The position numbers were made by a program, and so were the translations under genes. Shown here in pieces: positions 38,480 to 48,942 of a stretch of 64,000 nt of DNA. How positions within the stretch are numbered: the stretch's first letter is position 1; every line of letters begins with the position of its first letter. A model generated the notes under the pieces. The model was not told the origin of the DNA. It made no database searches and saw only the letters and a program-made list of their open reading frames with translations. This DNA is from an uncultured Thermoleophilia bacterium (GTDB lineage Bacteria; Actinomycetota; Thermoleophilia; UBA2241): positions 774,187 to 838,186 of the forward strand of contig CAWHHT010000005.1 in the NCBI GenBank assembly GCA_963829205.1. Direction: 5' to 3'.

Positions 38480-39441
38480 AGCAGACGACGCTGGGTGGGC
38501 CGACAGAGCGACTTCTTGAAGGCCGCCCGCAGCCGGATGAGCGCGCGTCCGCAGGCGGCGCCACCGAGGGCGCCGGCAAGACGGTCACGCTGTACCGCCG
38601 CACGCGCGGCGGCGAGCTGCGCCCAACGACCGTCGCGCCCGGCCGGCGCCGGAGGCCCGCGCCGCAGAGCCTCTCCAAGGTCCCGGAGCTCATCACCATC
38701 TACTTCTGGATCGTCAAAGGCCTCTCCACGGCTATGGGCGAGTCCACCTCGGACTACCTGGTGCACCGCATCCAGCCGGTGCCGGCCGTGCTCCTCGGCT
38801 TCGCCGGTTTCGTCGTCGCTCTGACGCTGCAGTTCGCGATGCGCCGCTACCTCGCGTGGACCTACTGGTTCGCAGTCGTCATGGTGGGCGTCTTCGGGAC
38901 CATGTGCGCGGACGTGCTGCACGTCGGCTTCCACGTCCCCTACGTCGCCTCGGCGACGCTTTTCGCGATCGTCCTCGCCGCCGTCTTCACGACCTGGCGC
39001 AAGCGCGAGGGCACGCTCTCGATCCACAGCATCACCACGCGGCGGCGCGAGCTCTTCTACTGGGCCGCGGTGGTCGCGACCTTCGCGCTCGGCACCGCGG
39101 CCGGCGACCTCACCGCCTATACCCTCCACCTGGGCTACCTCCTGTCGATCGTGCTGTTCACGGCGGTGATCCTGATCCCGGCGATCGGCTACTGGCGCTT
39201 CGGCTGGAGCCCGATCCTCGCCTTCTGGTTCGCCTACGTGGTCACCCGGCCGCTCGGCGCCTCCTTCGCCGACTGGATGGGCAAGCCGAAGGCCGACGGC
39301 GGTCTTGGCTGGGGGCAGGGCAGCGTGAGCCTCGTCCTCACGGTGCTGATCATCGGCTTCGTCTGGTACCTCGCCGTCAGCCGCAAGGACGTGGCGACGC
39401 GCCGCCGGCGCGTCGCCGCGCCGGCCCCCGAAGAGGCCTGA
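38476..39441 (+). CDS. COG4705/DUF347 membrane protein
   Basis: Motifs KVPE...FW..K..ST.MGE..SD and TRPLGASFADW. Confidence 0.8.
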   Translation: MKQTTLGGPTERLLEGRPQPDERASAGGATEGAGKTVTLYRRTRGGELRPTTVAPGRRRRPAPQSLSKVPELITIYFWIVKGLSTAMGESTSDYLVHRIQPVPAVLLGFAGFVVALTLQFAMRRYLAWTYWFAVVMVGVFGTMCADVLHVGFHVPYVASATLFAIVLAAVFTTWRKREGTLSIHSITTRRRELFYWAAVVATFALGTAAGDLTAYTLHLGYLLSIVLFTAVILIPAIGYWRFGWSPILAFWFAYVVTRPLGASFADWMGKPKADGGLGWGQGSVSLVLTVLIIGFVWYLAVSRKDVATRRRRVAAPAPEEA

Positions 39442-39574
39442 GTCTCGCGAGCCGCGAGGCGCGAGCCGAGCGACGTCCTGCCGGCTCGGCTTGCTTTAGA
39501 GCGCCGACGAGCACATACTCGACGACGGCCTGCTGGGCCCAGGCCTGTTCGGAGCCACACGGCATTCGTGGAGC

Positions 39575-40024
39575 ATGGACCTGGCGCCAGAAGTGATATC
39601 GAAGCAGCATGCCACCCCGCCCGCCCTGGGCTTCGAAGTGGCCCCAGAACCCTCCCGCCTCCCCGGCACCCGCGAGCGCCTGCGCGACTACCTCCACCGC
39701 CATTGCTCGGACGCGCGCGTCATCGCCGACGTCGTCTTGTGCCTCGAAGAGGCCTGCGCCAACGTGATCCGCCACAGCGGCGCCCGCGAGGCCATGCAGG
39801 TGGTGCTGCGCTTCGATGCGGACGCACTGATCTGCAGCGTCCGCGACCGGGGTCGCGGCTTCGACACGAAGAGCTTCGACCCGGACGCCGTGCCCGACCC
39901 TCTGGCGGGCGACGGCCGCGGCCTCTTCATCATCTCCCGGATCATGGACGAGCTCCGGCTCCGCTCGGACGGCGGGCTCGAGGTCGAGATGGTCAAGCGC
40001 GAGGTGCCGCGCCGCCAGGAATAG
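39575..40024 (+). CDS. Anti-sigma factor-like HATPase (RsbW-like)
   Basis: Motifs EACANVIRH, DRGRGFD and GRGLFII. Confidence 0.8.
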   Translation: MDLAPEVISKQHATPPALGFEVAPEPSRLPGTRERLRDYLHRHCSDARVIADVVLCLEEACANVIRHSGAREAMQVVLRFDADALICSVRDRGRGFDTKSFDPDAVPDPLAGDGRGLFIISRIMDELRLRSDGGLEVEMVKREVPRRQE

Positions 40025-40067
40025 GATGCGCCCTCGCGCGGCCGCGTTGCGCTCCCGTCGCGTCGCG

Positions 40068-40928
40068 TCAGATCCCGGCCGCGCCTTCCATCAGTTCGCT
40101 CAGTCGCCGCAGGAACAGCGCCACGGGCACACCGTCCGCCACGTCGTGGTCGAACAGCACCGTCATGCTCAAGACGTCCCGCGGCTCCATGCGATCGCCG
40201 ACCATGCCGGGCCTGCGCCCGATCGCCCCCAGCGCCACGAGCAGCGAGTGCACGCCGGCGGGGATGGCCCAGGCCGCCCCGCCCGACTTGGTCGTCAGGG
40301 GCACGGAGGTCACCATCACCGTCCCCATCGTCCGCTTGACGCGGAAGGGGTCGGCAAAGAGACGGTCCCAGAAGAACCAGTCGCGCAGGCGATGCGGGGC
40401 CGCGAGGCCGAGCCGCACCAGCCACGGCGGCGGGACGTCGGCGTCGGGATTCATCCATTGCTCGTCCGCCGGCAACGGGCGCGATTGCGCGGCGCGGATC
40501 TCGTCGCTCACCTGCTGGAGGTCCATCTCGTTGACCTTGCGGATGACGAACGGCATGGGCAGCCGCTCGCCGGTCTCATCGCCGCCGACGCGCCGGTAGA
40601 CCGCGAGGCATACGTCGACGTCGGCGAAGGTCACGAGCGTGCGGCGGCTGAGCGTGCGGCCCCGCACGAACCCGCCGCGCAGCGCGTGCACCCGCCTGTG
40701 CTCGGCGGCGGCCTGGGCGATGCATCTCGTGGCCCAGGCCGTGAACGAGACGTCGGAGCCGCCCTGCTGCTTGCGCCGGGCCAGGGCGGCCTTCGCCTGC
40801 GTGACGTCGACCTCGAGCAGCACGGGCACGTGGTGCCGGAGCCTGCCGAGGCGCATCGTGTCCGCGCCCGGCGTCCGCCAGGACGGGTACGGGAGCTCCT
40901 CGAAGGCGCCGATGAGGTCGTCGCTCAC
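40068..40928 (-). CDS. 2-oxoacid dehydrogenase acyltransferase catalytic-domain protein
   Basis: Motifs EVDVT and FDHDVADG; no lipoyl domain. Confidence 0.8.
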   Translation of the reverse strand: MSDDLIGAFEELPYPSWRTPGADTMRLGRLRHHVPVLLEVDVTQAKAALARRKQQGGSDVSFTAWATRCIAQAAAEHRRVHALRGGFVRGRTLSRRTLVTFADVDVCLAVYRRVGGDETGERLPMPFVIRKVNEMDLQQVSDEIRAAQSRPLPADEQWMNPDADVPPPWLVRLGLAAPHRLRDWFFWDRLFADPFRVKRTMGTVMVTSVPLTTKSGGAAWAIPAGVHSLLVALGAIGRRPGMVGDRMEPRDVLSMTVLFDHDVADGVPVALFLRRLSELMEGAAGI

Positions 40929-40951
40929 GCCGTCAGCTCACCGTCCCCAGT

Positions 40952-42390
40952 TCAGCGGACGACAAGCAGGTTGCGCGCCGCCGCGGTCTGCACGTTGCCG
41001 GCGCCGTCGGTGGCGTACACCGAGAAGCGGTACGTCCCCTTGGGCAGCGCGCACTCGAAGCGGTAGCGCAGGCCCCTGTTGACGGGGCGGCGGCTCAGCA
41101 CCGCCTTCTTGACGAGCCGGCCCGAGGCGGTGCGGATGCGGATCGTCACGGTCGCCGTGGGCGCGCCCGGCCGCGCGTCGGCCACGCTGAAGCGCAGCGT
41201 GGCCCTGCGGCCGCGGGTCACGCTCGCGGGCACCGCTGCCCGCGGCGTCGGGCGCTGCGTGTCGACGCGCACCGTGACCCCGCGCGCCGTCTCCGTGTTG
41301 CCGGCCTTGTCGATCGAGCGATAGAGCACGGTGTGCGGGCCGTCGTTGGAGTGGTCGGCCGGCGCGGCGACCGTGAGCGACGTGCCGGTGGTCCAGGTGG
41401 CGCCACCGTCCAGGGAGGACTGCGTGGCGGCGACGCCCGAGCCGAACCTGCCGTCTGTCGCCGTGAACCTCAGCCTGACCGGTGCCCGGTGCCACGTGCG
41501 GCCGGCGCCGTGCACCTCGGTGATGGGCCCTTTGAAGTCGTCGCTCACGAAGAAGCTGGCGCCGTCCAGACCGAGCGCCGAGGTGGTCGCCAGCGTCCCG
41601 CTCCCCGAGACGAGCGTGATGTCGTCCCAGGCGAACGCGCTGATCGGCTGGCCGTTGAAGGCGCAGGCGCTGAAGTTGACGATGCCGAACCTGGCGAGCG
41701 GCAGGACTCCACTGTCGTCCGACGGGGTCTCGGCGATCACCTCGGCCGACGCGAGCAGAGCCGGTTCTTGCGCCGATTCCCGGGTGGTGGTCGTGAACGA
41801 GCGCCCGGTCGTGTGGTCGACGAGGCTGAGGGTGAACGAGCCGGAGCCGTCGGTCGTGACGGCGCCCGTGAGCTGGTCGCCGGGGTTCACCGACAGCTGC
41901 GTGCGCTTGATGACCACGGCGGGCGCCGGGTACATCTCGTACCACGCGAGGTAGGTCACGACTCCGCCCACGGTGACTCCCTCGGTGCCGATCTGCTCCA
42001 CCGTCTCGCTGCTGTCGCCGTCGAGCCCTACCCAGAAGGCGGCGTATCTGTCCGTGAGGGCGTCGGGCGCCACGGCCGGCTGTGTCCAGGTCGCGGTGAC
42101 GCTCGTGAAGGTGGTGCCGACGGCATCGTAGCCGGCCCAGTTCTCGGACGTGCTGTGCCGAAGCGACCGGCCGTGCCCGGTCTGCGGGATGCGGATCATC
42201 GGGGCGCCGCCGGCGACGGGAAGGGTGGACGCGAGCGGGGCGGACACGGGCTGGGCGGCGGGCGCCAGCGGGGCGGCGGGCGCAAGCGAAGCCGCGGCGC
42301 ACAGTCCGGCCAAGGCGAGCGCCAGGGCCGCCGCCGTGCAAAGTGATCTTCGAGCGCCGATGCCGCACCTCCACACCCACGGGTCCCATC
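40952..42390 (-). CDS. Secreted G1 glutamic peptidase with Ig-like C-terminal domains (start uncertain)
   Basis: Motifs SENWAGY, WVGLDG, EQIGT, WYEMYP and SAEVIAE; D.AGN repeats. Confidence 0.8.
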
Positions 42391-42542
42391 TCCGGACACA
42401 GCGTATCCCGAGTGCACGATCCGCGCACCCGCGCGACCGCAGGCGCAGCCTGGGCCGGTTTGACGGCGGGTTTAATGGGGAAACCTCACTATCTGCTAGA
42501 CTCACTATGAGTCTTGACCTGTTCAGCGCCCAAGGAGCGCCC

Positions 42543-43138
42543 ATGACCGCCAGCCGGACCCAGTCTGCCAACGGCGACACCCAGAGCCTGGCCTCCCCGC
42601 TCGCCGAGGCGCTCACGCGCGCCTCGTGGCGGTTGCGCCGCACGGCAGTCAAGGAGCTCGCCCCGCTGGGGCTCACGTTCGCGCAGTCGCGCGTGCTGCG
42701 CATCCTGGCGCGCCACGACGAGCCCATGCGCATGGGCGACCTGGCGGCGCGCTTCGAGGTGGCGCCGCGCTCGGCGACCTCGATGATCGACTCGCTCGAG
42801 GCGCTGGGGCTCGTGGAGCGGCGGGCCGACCCCACCGACCGCAGGTCGGTCCTGGTCGGCCTCACGCCGGAGGGCCAAGCCCTCATGGCGCGCATGGACG
42901 AGCTGCGGCGCGCCAGCGCCCAGGTGCTGTTCGGCAGGCTCTCGCAGGTGCAGCAGGGGCAGTTGCTAGAACTCCTCACAGTGCTCATCGAGCCGGAGGA
43001 CGAGTGCGGCGCGGCGCCGGCGGACGGTGCGCAAGCGCAAAGGCGGACGGCGCACACGCGGCGCCGGCGGACGGTGCGCAAGACGGTGCGCAGCGCGCGC
43101 CGGCGGACGCCGCACCGGCGGCCGGAGCCGGCGCATGA
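42543..43138 (+). CDS. MarR family regulator
   Basis: Motifs GLTFAQSRVL and DPTDRRSVLVGLT. The true stop is probably at 43138, after a frameshift. Confidence 0.8.
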
Positions 43139-45065
43139 CCAAGGCTTGGGCATGATGGGCCCCAACGCCTTCACGGCGGCGCGCTCGCTGCGCCGCGACC
43201 AGTCGGTCAAATCGGCCAAGATCGCCAAAGGTACCGCGCGCCGCATCCTCAAGTACGTGCGGCCGTACCGGCGCCTGCTCGCGTTCTTCCTCGTGCTCGT
43301 CGTGATCGACGCCGTGGTGAGCGCCGCCAACCCGCTGCTGTACCGGGCCATCATCGACAAGGGCATCCTCGGCAAGGACGCGGCGCTGATCGTCTGGCTC
43401 GCGATCCTCGTCGCCGTCCTGGCGCTCAGCGACGCTGCACTCACGCTCGCCGAGCGCTACATCAGCTCGCTGGTCGGCGAGGGCCTGATCTACGACATGC
43501 GCACCCAGGTCTTCGACCACGTGCAGCGCATGCCGCTGGCGTTCTTCACGCGCACGCAGACGGGCGCGCTGGTGAGCCGCCTCAACAACGACGTCACCGG
43601 CGCCCAGGAGGCGTTCACCGACGTCCTCTCCACCGTGATCGGCAACCTCATCAGCGTCGGCATCGTGCTGGTGATCATGTTCTTCCTCTCGTGGCAGCTC
43701 ACGCTCGTCTCGCTCATCCTGCTGCCCGTGTTCCTGCTGCCGGCGCGCTGGCTGGGGCGCAAGCTGCAGGCGATCACGCGCGAGCGCTACGAGCTCATGG
43801 GCGACATGAACACGACCATGGTGGAGCGCTTCAACGTGTCGGGAGCGCTCCTGGTCAAGCTCTTCGGGCACCCGGCCGCCGAGGACGAAGCGTTCCGGCG
43901 GCACGCCGGCCGCGTGCGCGATATCGGCGTCACCCAGTCGCTCTACGCCCGGTTCTTCTTCATCGCGCTGTTCCTCACGGCGGCGATCGCCACCGCGCTC
44001 GTCTACGGCTGGGGCGGCGTGCTCGCCGTGCACGGCGCGCTGGCGGTGGGCACCGTCGTCGCCCTCACGGCCTACCTCAACCGCCTGTACGGGCCGCTCA
44101 CGGCGCTCTCCAACATCAACGTCGACATCATGACGGCGCTGGTCTCGTTCGAGCGTGTCTTCGAGGTGCTCGACCTCCCGCCGATGGTGGCCGAGAAGGC
44201 CGAGCCGACGGAGCTGCCGCGCGGGCAGGCGCGCGTGGAGTTCGACCACGTGAGCTTCACCTACCCCACGAGCGGCGAGGTCTCGCTGGCCTCGCTCGAG
44301 TCGGTGGCCGTGCTCGGCGAGGCGCCGAGCGGCGAGGTCTTGCGCGACGTGAGCTTCAGCGCCGAGCCGGGCCAGCTGGTCGCGCTCGTCGGGCCCTCGG
44401 GCGCCGGCAAGACGACCATGAGCCAGCTGGTGCCGCGCCTGTACGACGTGACCTCCGGCGTGGTGCGCATCGACGGCGTGGACGTGCGCGACGCCAGCCT
44501 GGACTCGCTGCGCGAGGTGGTCGGCGTGGTCACGCAGGACGCGCACATGTTCCACGACACGCTGCGCGCCAACCTGCTGTACGCCAAGCCGGACGCGACA
44601 GACGAAGACCTGCGCGAGGCGCTGCGCAGCGCGCAGGTCCTGCCGCTCGTCGAGGCGCTGCCGGAGGGCCTCGACACCGTCGTCGGCGACCGCGGCTACC
44701 GGCTCTCGGGCGGCGAGAAGCAGCGCGTCGCCATCGCCCGGCTCCTGCTCAAGGCGCCGGACGTGGTGGTGCTCGACGAGGCCACCGCGCACCTCGACTC
44801 GGAGTCCGAGCGCGCCGTGCAGGTGGCACTCAAGACGGCGCTGGCGGGCCGCACCTCGCTGGTGATCGCGCACCGGCTCTCGACCGTGCGCGACGCCGAC
44901 CAGATCCTGGTGCTGCGCGACGGCGGCATCGTGGAGCGCGGCCGCCACGAGGAGCTGCTCGCCGCCGGCGGCCTCTACGCCGAGCTCTACCGCACGCAGT
45001 TCCGCGGGCAGGGCGCTCCGGACGGCGACGGCAGCGGCGAGGCCGTCGTCGCGAAGGCGAGCTGA
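43135..45065 (+). CDS. ABC exporter, fused permease/ATPase
   Basis: TM domain plus GPSGAGKT, LSGGEKQR and DEATAHLD. Confidence 0.9.
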
Positions 45066-45233
45066 CCCTGCAGACCACGACAGGATCGGATCGATGAGGC
45101 ACGTGAACTGCAAGTGGATCGCCCTCCCCAGCACTGCACGGGCGCGGAGCCAGGCGGCGCGCTCGGACGGCTAGCCAGCCGGGTGCGCGGGAATACCTCC
45201 GGCAAAGTCGACCATCGGCCACTGAGAGCGTCC

Positions 45234-45695
45234 ATGGACACCGCCGCAACGTGCAGACCACGAGAAGAGGACCGGCGCCGGTCACACCACTTCGTGCTCG
45301 GTGAGCGCCGCTCCGGATTCGACCGGCGCCGGTCGTTGTGCGGTACCCCCATCCGCGCGGCACTCGAAGCGCCGCTCCTGCGTCTGCGCGACCACCCGCG
45401 CACGCTGGTGGGGATCCTGGCGCTCGCCAATCTGCTCAGCCTCCTGGACCTCGTCCTCACACAGACGCTGCTGCGCCTCGGCGCCGCCACGGAGGCGAAC
45501 CCCGTGATGCGCTACTTCCTGGCCGGGGGCGCGGCGCAGGCGGCGCTGGTCAAGGTCGGCATCGTCCTTGCGGTCTCCCTGGCGATCTGGACGCTGCGCC
45601 GCCGGCGGGCGGCTCTGACGACGGCGGTGTTCTTCGCCGCCGCCTACGGAGCCGTCGTGCTCTACGAGCTCGCCGGCCTCGTGCGACTGGCCTAG
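45234..45695 (+). CDS. DUF5658-like membrane protein
   Basis: Motif LDLVLT...EANPVM; 3 TMs. Confidence 0.65.
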   Translation: MDTAATCRPREEDRRRSHHFVLGERRSGFDRRRSLCGTPIRAALEAPLLRLRDHPRTLVGILALANLLSLLDLVLTQTLLRLGAATEANPVMRYFLAGGAAQAALVKVGIVLAVSLAIWTLRRRRAALTTAVFFAAAYGAVVLYELAGLVRLA

Positions 45696-45738
45696 CGAGT
45701 CTGGCCGGCGTCCACAAGGCGCCGCCGCGGCAGCTCCG

Positions 45739-47166
45739 CTACCCCAGCGCCCCGCGGCGGATGAGCTCCCGAAGGCTCCCCGGGTCGGACAGCGTCTCGC
45801 GGCCGTGGGGCGCGAACGGGATGCGTTCGCGGATGAGCGCGTGCGCGGTGGAGGTGCCGCGTCCGAGCGGTCCGCGCCCGCGCAAGTCGATCGCCTGCAC
45901 CGCCACGAGCGCCTCGATTGCGATCACGCCCTCCCCCAGCTCGACCATCGCCTCGAGGCGACGCGCGCTGAGCGGCAGGAGGGTCGCGCGGTCCTCGATG
46001 CCCTCGGCGCCGGAGGTGCTCACCACGGTGTACGAGACTGGGTGCGCGAGCAGGCTCGCCTCGGCCGCCAGCGACTGGGCCGTGATGGCGTGGATGCTGA
46101 GGCCGAGGTCAGGGCGCGCGGGATCCACGCTGAGCCCTGTCGGCAGGCCGGACCAGGGTGTGTCGAGGAGCTTGACCGCGCGCTCGGCGGCAGCCATGAG
46201 CACCGAGGCGAGCGCTACGCGCACGTAGTCGAGCGCGGCGGCCAGCGGCAGCGACTCGTAGCCGGGCACAGAGACGATGCGCCCGGCCTCAAGGTCGACC
46301 AGAGGGTTACCCTGGGCCGCGTTGAGCTCGATCGCGAGGGTACCGAGCGCCTGATCGAGCGCCTCGCGGCCGACGCCCTGCACGGCGACGGCGCTGCGGA
46401 ACGTCAGCGGGTCCTGCAGGTTCCGCGCTTCTCCGTCGCGCCAGAGGAAGCTCCCCTCCAGCAAGCTGCGTGTACGCGCCAGAGTAGACACGAAGCCGGG
46501 GTGCGGGCGCGTTGCCTCGATACCGTCGCGCAGTACCGACAGATTCGCGGCGAAGCCTTCGAGCGAAAGCGCGCCGGCCACGTCGGCCGCGTCGAGCAGG
46601 CGCGTGGCGTCGAAGAGCGCGAGCGCCGCGAGAGCGGTGCCGAAGGCGCTGTTGTTCAGGAGCGCGAGCGCCTCCCCGGCGAGCAGCTCCCGGTCGGCGA
46701 TGACGCCGTCGGCGATGTCGGCCATCGCCGTCAGGTCGGAGACGCCGATCGAGCCGTGCAGGTGGACGCGCGGCAGACAGCCGTCGTTGAGGGCGTCGAT
46801 GATGGCGTCGGCGAGCTCCGGCCGCGCGACCGTCGTGCCGCCGGCGAACAGGTTGGCGAGGCTCAGCATGGCGGCGCGCACCACGTCGTCTGGCGCCGGC
46901 GGACCCTGCCCGGCCCGGTGATCCTGGATCTGGCTGCGGTTGAAGCGGCTCACGTCGGCCGGGTCTACGGCCACCCGCTTCTGCGCGCCGAAGCCGGTCG
47001 TCAGGCCGTAGGTGGGCTCGCCGCGCTCGAAGACCGTCTGTGCGAGGGCCCGGGCGCGCGTCATGCGCTCCCGCGCGCCCTTGTCGAGCGCGACCGGCGC
47101 GTTCTCTCGCGCCACGTCCACGACCTGCCGCAGCGTGAGGTCACGGCCCGTGAGGAGAACGGCCAT
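45739..47166 (-). CDS. Aromatic amino acid ammonia-lyase family protein lacking the MIO tripeptide
   Basis: Motifs YGLTTGFG, QDPLTFR and NPL; GSIGVSDL in place of GSVGASGDL. Confidence 0.85.
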   Translation of the reverse strand: MAVLLTGRDLTLRQVVDVARENAPVALDKGARERMTRARALAQTVFERGEPTYGLTTGFGAQKRVAVDPADVSRFNRSQIQDHRAGQGPPAPDDVVRAAMLSLANLFAGGTTVARPELADAIIDALNDGCLPRVHLHGSIGVSDLTAMADIADGVIADRELLAGEALALLNNSAFGTALAALALFDATRLLDAADVAGALSLEGFAANLSVLRDGIEATRPHPGFVSTLARTRSLLEGSFLWRDGEARNLQDPLTFRSAVAVQGVGREALDQALGTLAIELNAAQGNPLVDLEAGRIVSVPGYESLPLAAALDYVRVALASVLMAAAERAVKLLDTPWSGLPTGLSVDPARPDLGLSIHAITAQSLAAEASLLAHPVSYTVVSTSGAEGIEDRATLLPLSARRLEAMVELGEGVIAIEALVAVQAIDLRGRGPLGRGTSTAHALIRERIPFAPHGRETLSDPGSLRELIRRGALG

Positions 47167-47170
47167 TGGC

Positions 47171-47542
47171 TCAGTCTTCGTCGGACGCGGCCCAATCGAG
47201 CGCCGCACGCAGCTCGTCGATGTCGAAGACGCGCAGGCGCCCGCCCATGAGCCAGCCGAAGGCCTGCGCCCCGTGGGCCACCCAGTCCCGGTCGGTCACG
47301 ACGGCGCAGCGCCTCCAGTGCGTGAGGTGGGCGAAGCCCATCGCCATGTCCTCCCAGGCGGCGCCGGCGGAGTAGCGGTCGAAGTCCGGGCCTATCTCGT
47401 AGACGATGCGGATGTCCTCGCCGCCCTCGAGCGCGGCCTCGATGGCCGGTCTGAGCACGTCCTCGTAGTCTTGCGCGTCCACCTCGCCCACGGCCTCGAA
47501 CGCAAGCACGCCCTCGGGCGCGCCTTCGATGAGCTGGATCAT
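47171..47542 (-). CDS. STAS/SEC14 (SpoIIAA-like) protein
   Basis: Motifs GAAWED and AVVTDRDW. Confidence 0.8.
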   Translation of the reverse strand: MIQLIEGAPEGVLAFEAVGEVDAQDYEDVLRPAIEAALEGGEDIRIVYEIGPDFDRYSAGAAWEDMAMGFAHLTHWRRCAVVTDRDWVAHGAQAFGWLMGGRLRVFDIDELRAALDWAASDED

Positions 47543-47694
47543 GCGACCTCCTCGTCGGCGAGGCGCGATGCGCCCCGGTGTCTGCTGCGGACGCTACCCG
47601 CGCCGGGGCCGAGGCACACCACGGCGCCGGCGTAGCGCGGCCGACCTTGCCTGCGTGTGCTTCTGCCCGCTTCGCGGCGGGTACGTACCGGACG

Positions 47695-48888
47695 ATGACC
47701 GAACCGCCTGACATCCTCATCTACACCAAGCAGTGGTGCCCGTTCTGCGCCAAGGCCAAGGCGCTGCTGCGCGCCAAGGGCGTGCCGTGGGACGAGACCG
47801 ACGTCACCTTCGACGAGGCGCTCCAGGCGGAGATGATCGAGCGCTCCGGCCGCCGCAGCGTGCCGCAGATCTTCCTCGGCGGCGAGCACGTCGGCGGCTA
47901 CGACGACCTCGCCAGACTGAGCGCCAGCGGCGAGCTCGACCGGCGGCTCGGCCGGGAACCGGCCGAGCTCAAGACGGTCTACGACGTGGCGATCGTGGGC
48001 GGCGGGCCCGCGGGCCTCGCCGCCGCCATGTACGCCGCGCGCAAGAACCTCAGCACCATCGTCGTCGCCATGGACATCGGCGGTCAGCTCGGCACCACGC
48101 GCGACGTCGCCAACTACCCCGGGTTCGAGCTCGTCAGCGGGCCGGACCTCGTGCAGAAGTTCTTCGCGCAGGCGGACAGATACGGCATCGAACAGCTCAT
48201 CGGCGAGCAGGTGGCCGGCCTGCGCGTGGACGGTCGCAGCAAGGTGCTCGAGCTCGAATCGGCGCGCGAAGTGGCGTCGCGCGCGCTCATCATCGCCAGC
48301 GGCGTCGAGAAGCGTCACCTGCGCATCCCCGGCGAGTCACAGCTCGCCGGGCGCGGCGTCGTGTACTGCAGCACCTGCGACGGGCCGCTGTTCAAGGGCC
48401 TCGACGTCGCCGTGGTCGGCGGCGGCAACTCGGCCCTCGAGGCGGCCCTCGAGATGGACGGCGTCGCGCGCTCGGTGCGGCTCGTGGCGCGCAGCGGCCT
48501 CGCCGGCGACGAGGTCCTCGAGGACAAGATCGCCACCGCCGCCGGCGTGGAGCTGCTGGGGCACCACGAGCCGGTCGAGATCCACGGCGCGGACGCGGTC
48601 GAGGCGCTCACCGTCCGCGACCGCGAGTCCGGCGCCACCAGCCGCCTCGACGTGCAGGGTGTGTTCGTCGAGATCGGCCTCTACCCCAACACCGGCTTCG
48701 CGCTCGACCTCGTGGACACCAACGAGCTCGGCGAGATCATCGTCGACAGCCACTGCCGCACCGGCGTGCGCGGCGTGTTCGCCGCCGGCGACTGCACCGA
48801 CACGCACGACAAGCAGATCGTGATCTCGGCCGGCGAGGGCGCCAAGGCGGCGCTCGGCGCCTTCGAGTACCTCGTGACGCAGGTGTGA
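47695..48888 (+). CDS. Glutaredoxin-thioredoxin reductase fusion
   Basis: WCPFC and SVPQIF..GGYDD, followed by GGGPAG, YCSTCDG, GGGNSA and FAAGD. Confidence 0.88.
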   Translation: MTEPPDILIYTKQWCPFCAKAKALLRAKGVPWDETDVTFDEALQAEMIERSGRRSVPQIFLGGEHVGGYDDLARLSASGELDRRLGREPAELKTVYDVAIVGGGPAGLAAAMYAARKNLSTIVVAMDIGGQLGTTRDVANYPGFELVSGPDLVQKFFAQADRYGIEQLIGEQVAGLRVDGRSKVLELESAREVASRALIIASGVEKRHLRIPGESQLAGRGVVYCSTCDGPLFKGLDVAVVGGGNSALEAALEMDGVARSVRLVARSGLAGDEVLEDKIATAAGVELLGHHEPVEIHGADAVEALTVRDRESGATSRLDVQGVFVEIGLYPNTGFALDLVDTNELGEIIVDSHCRTGVRGVFAAGDCTDTHDKQIVISAGEGAKAALGAFEYLVTQV

Positions 48889-48942
48889 GGCGCGGCCGGC
48901 GCCAGAGCGGCGCGAGCAGGCGCCGTGCTAGGCTCCGGGGCC

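Noticed and set aside
42150-45065. Apparent MarR-ABC transporter fusion (971-aa ORF)
   Set aside because: The linker reads as off-frame Arg-rich text. Another frame continues the APADGA repeats to a TGA at 43138 that overlaps an ATG, so two indels best explain the fusion.
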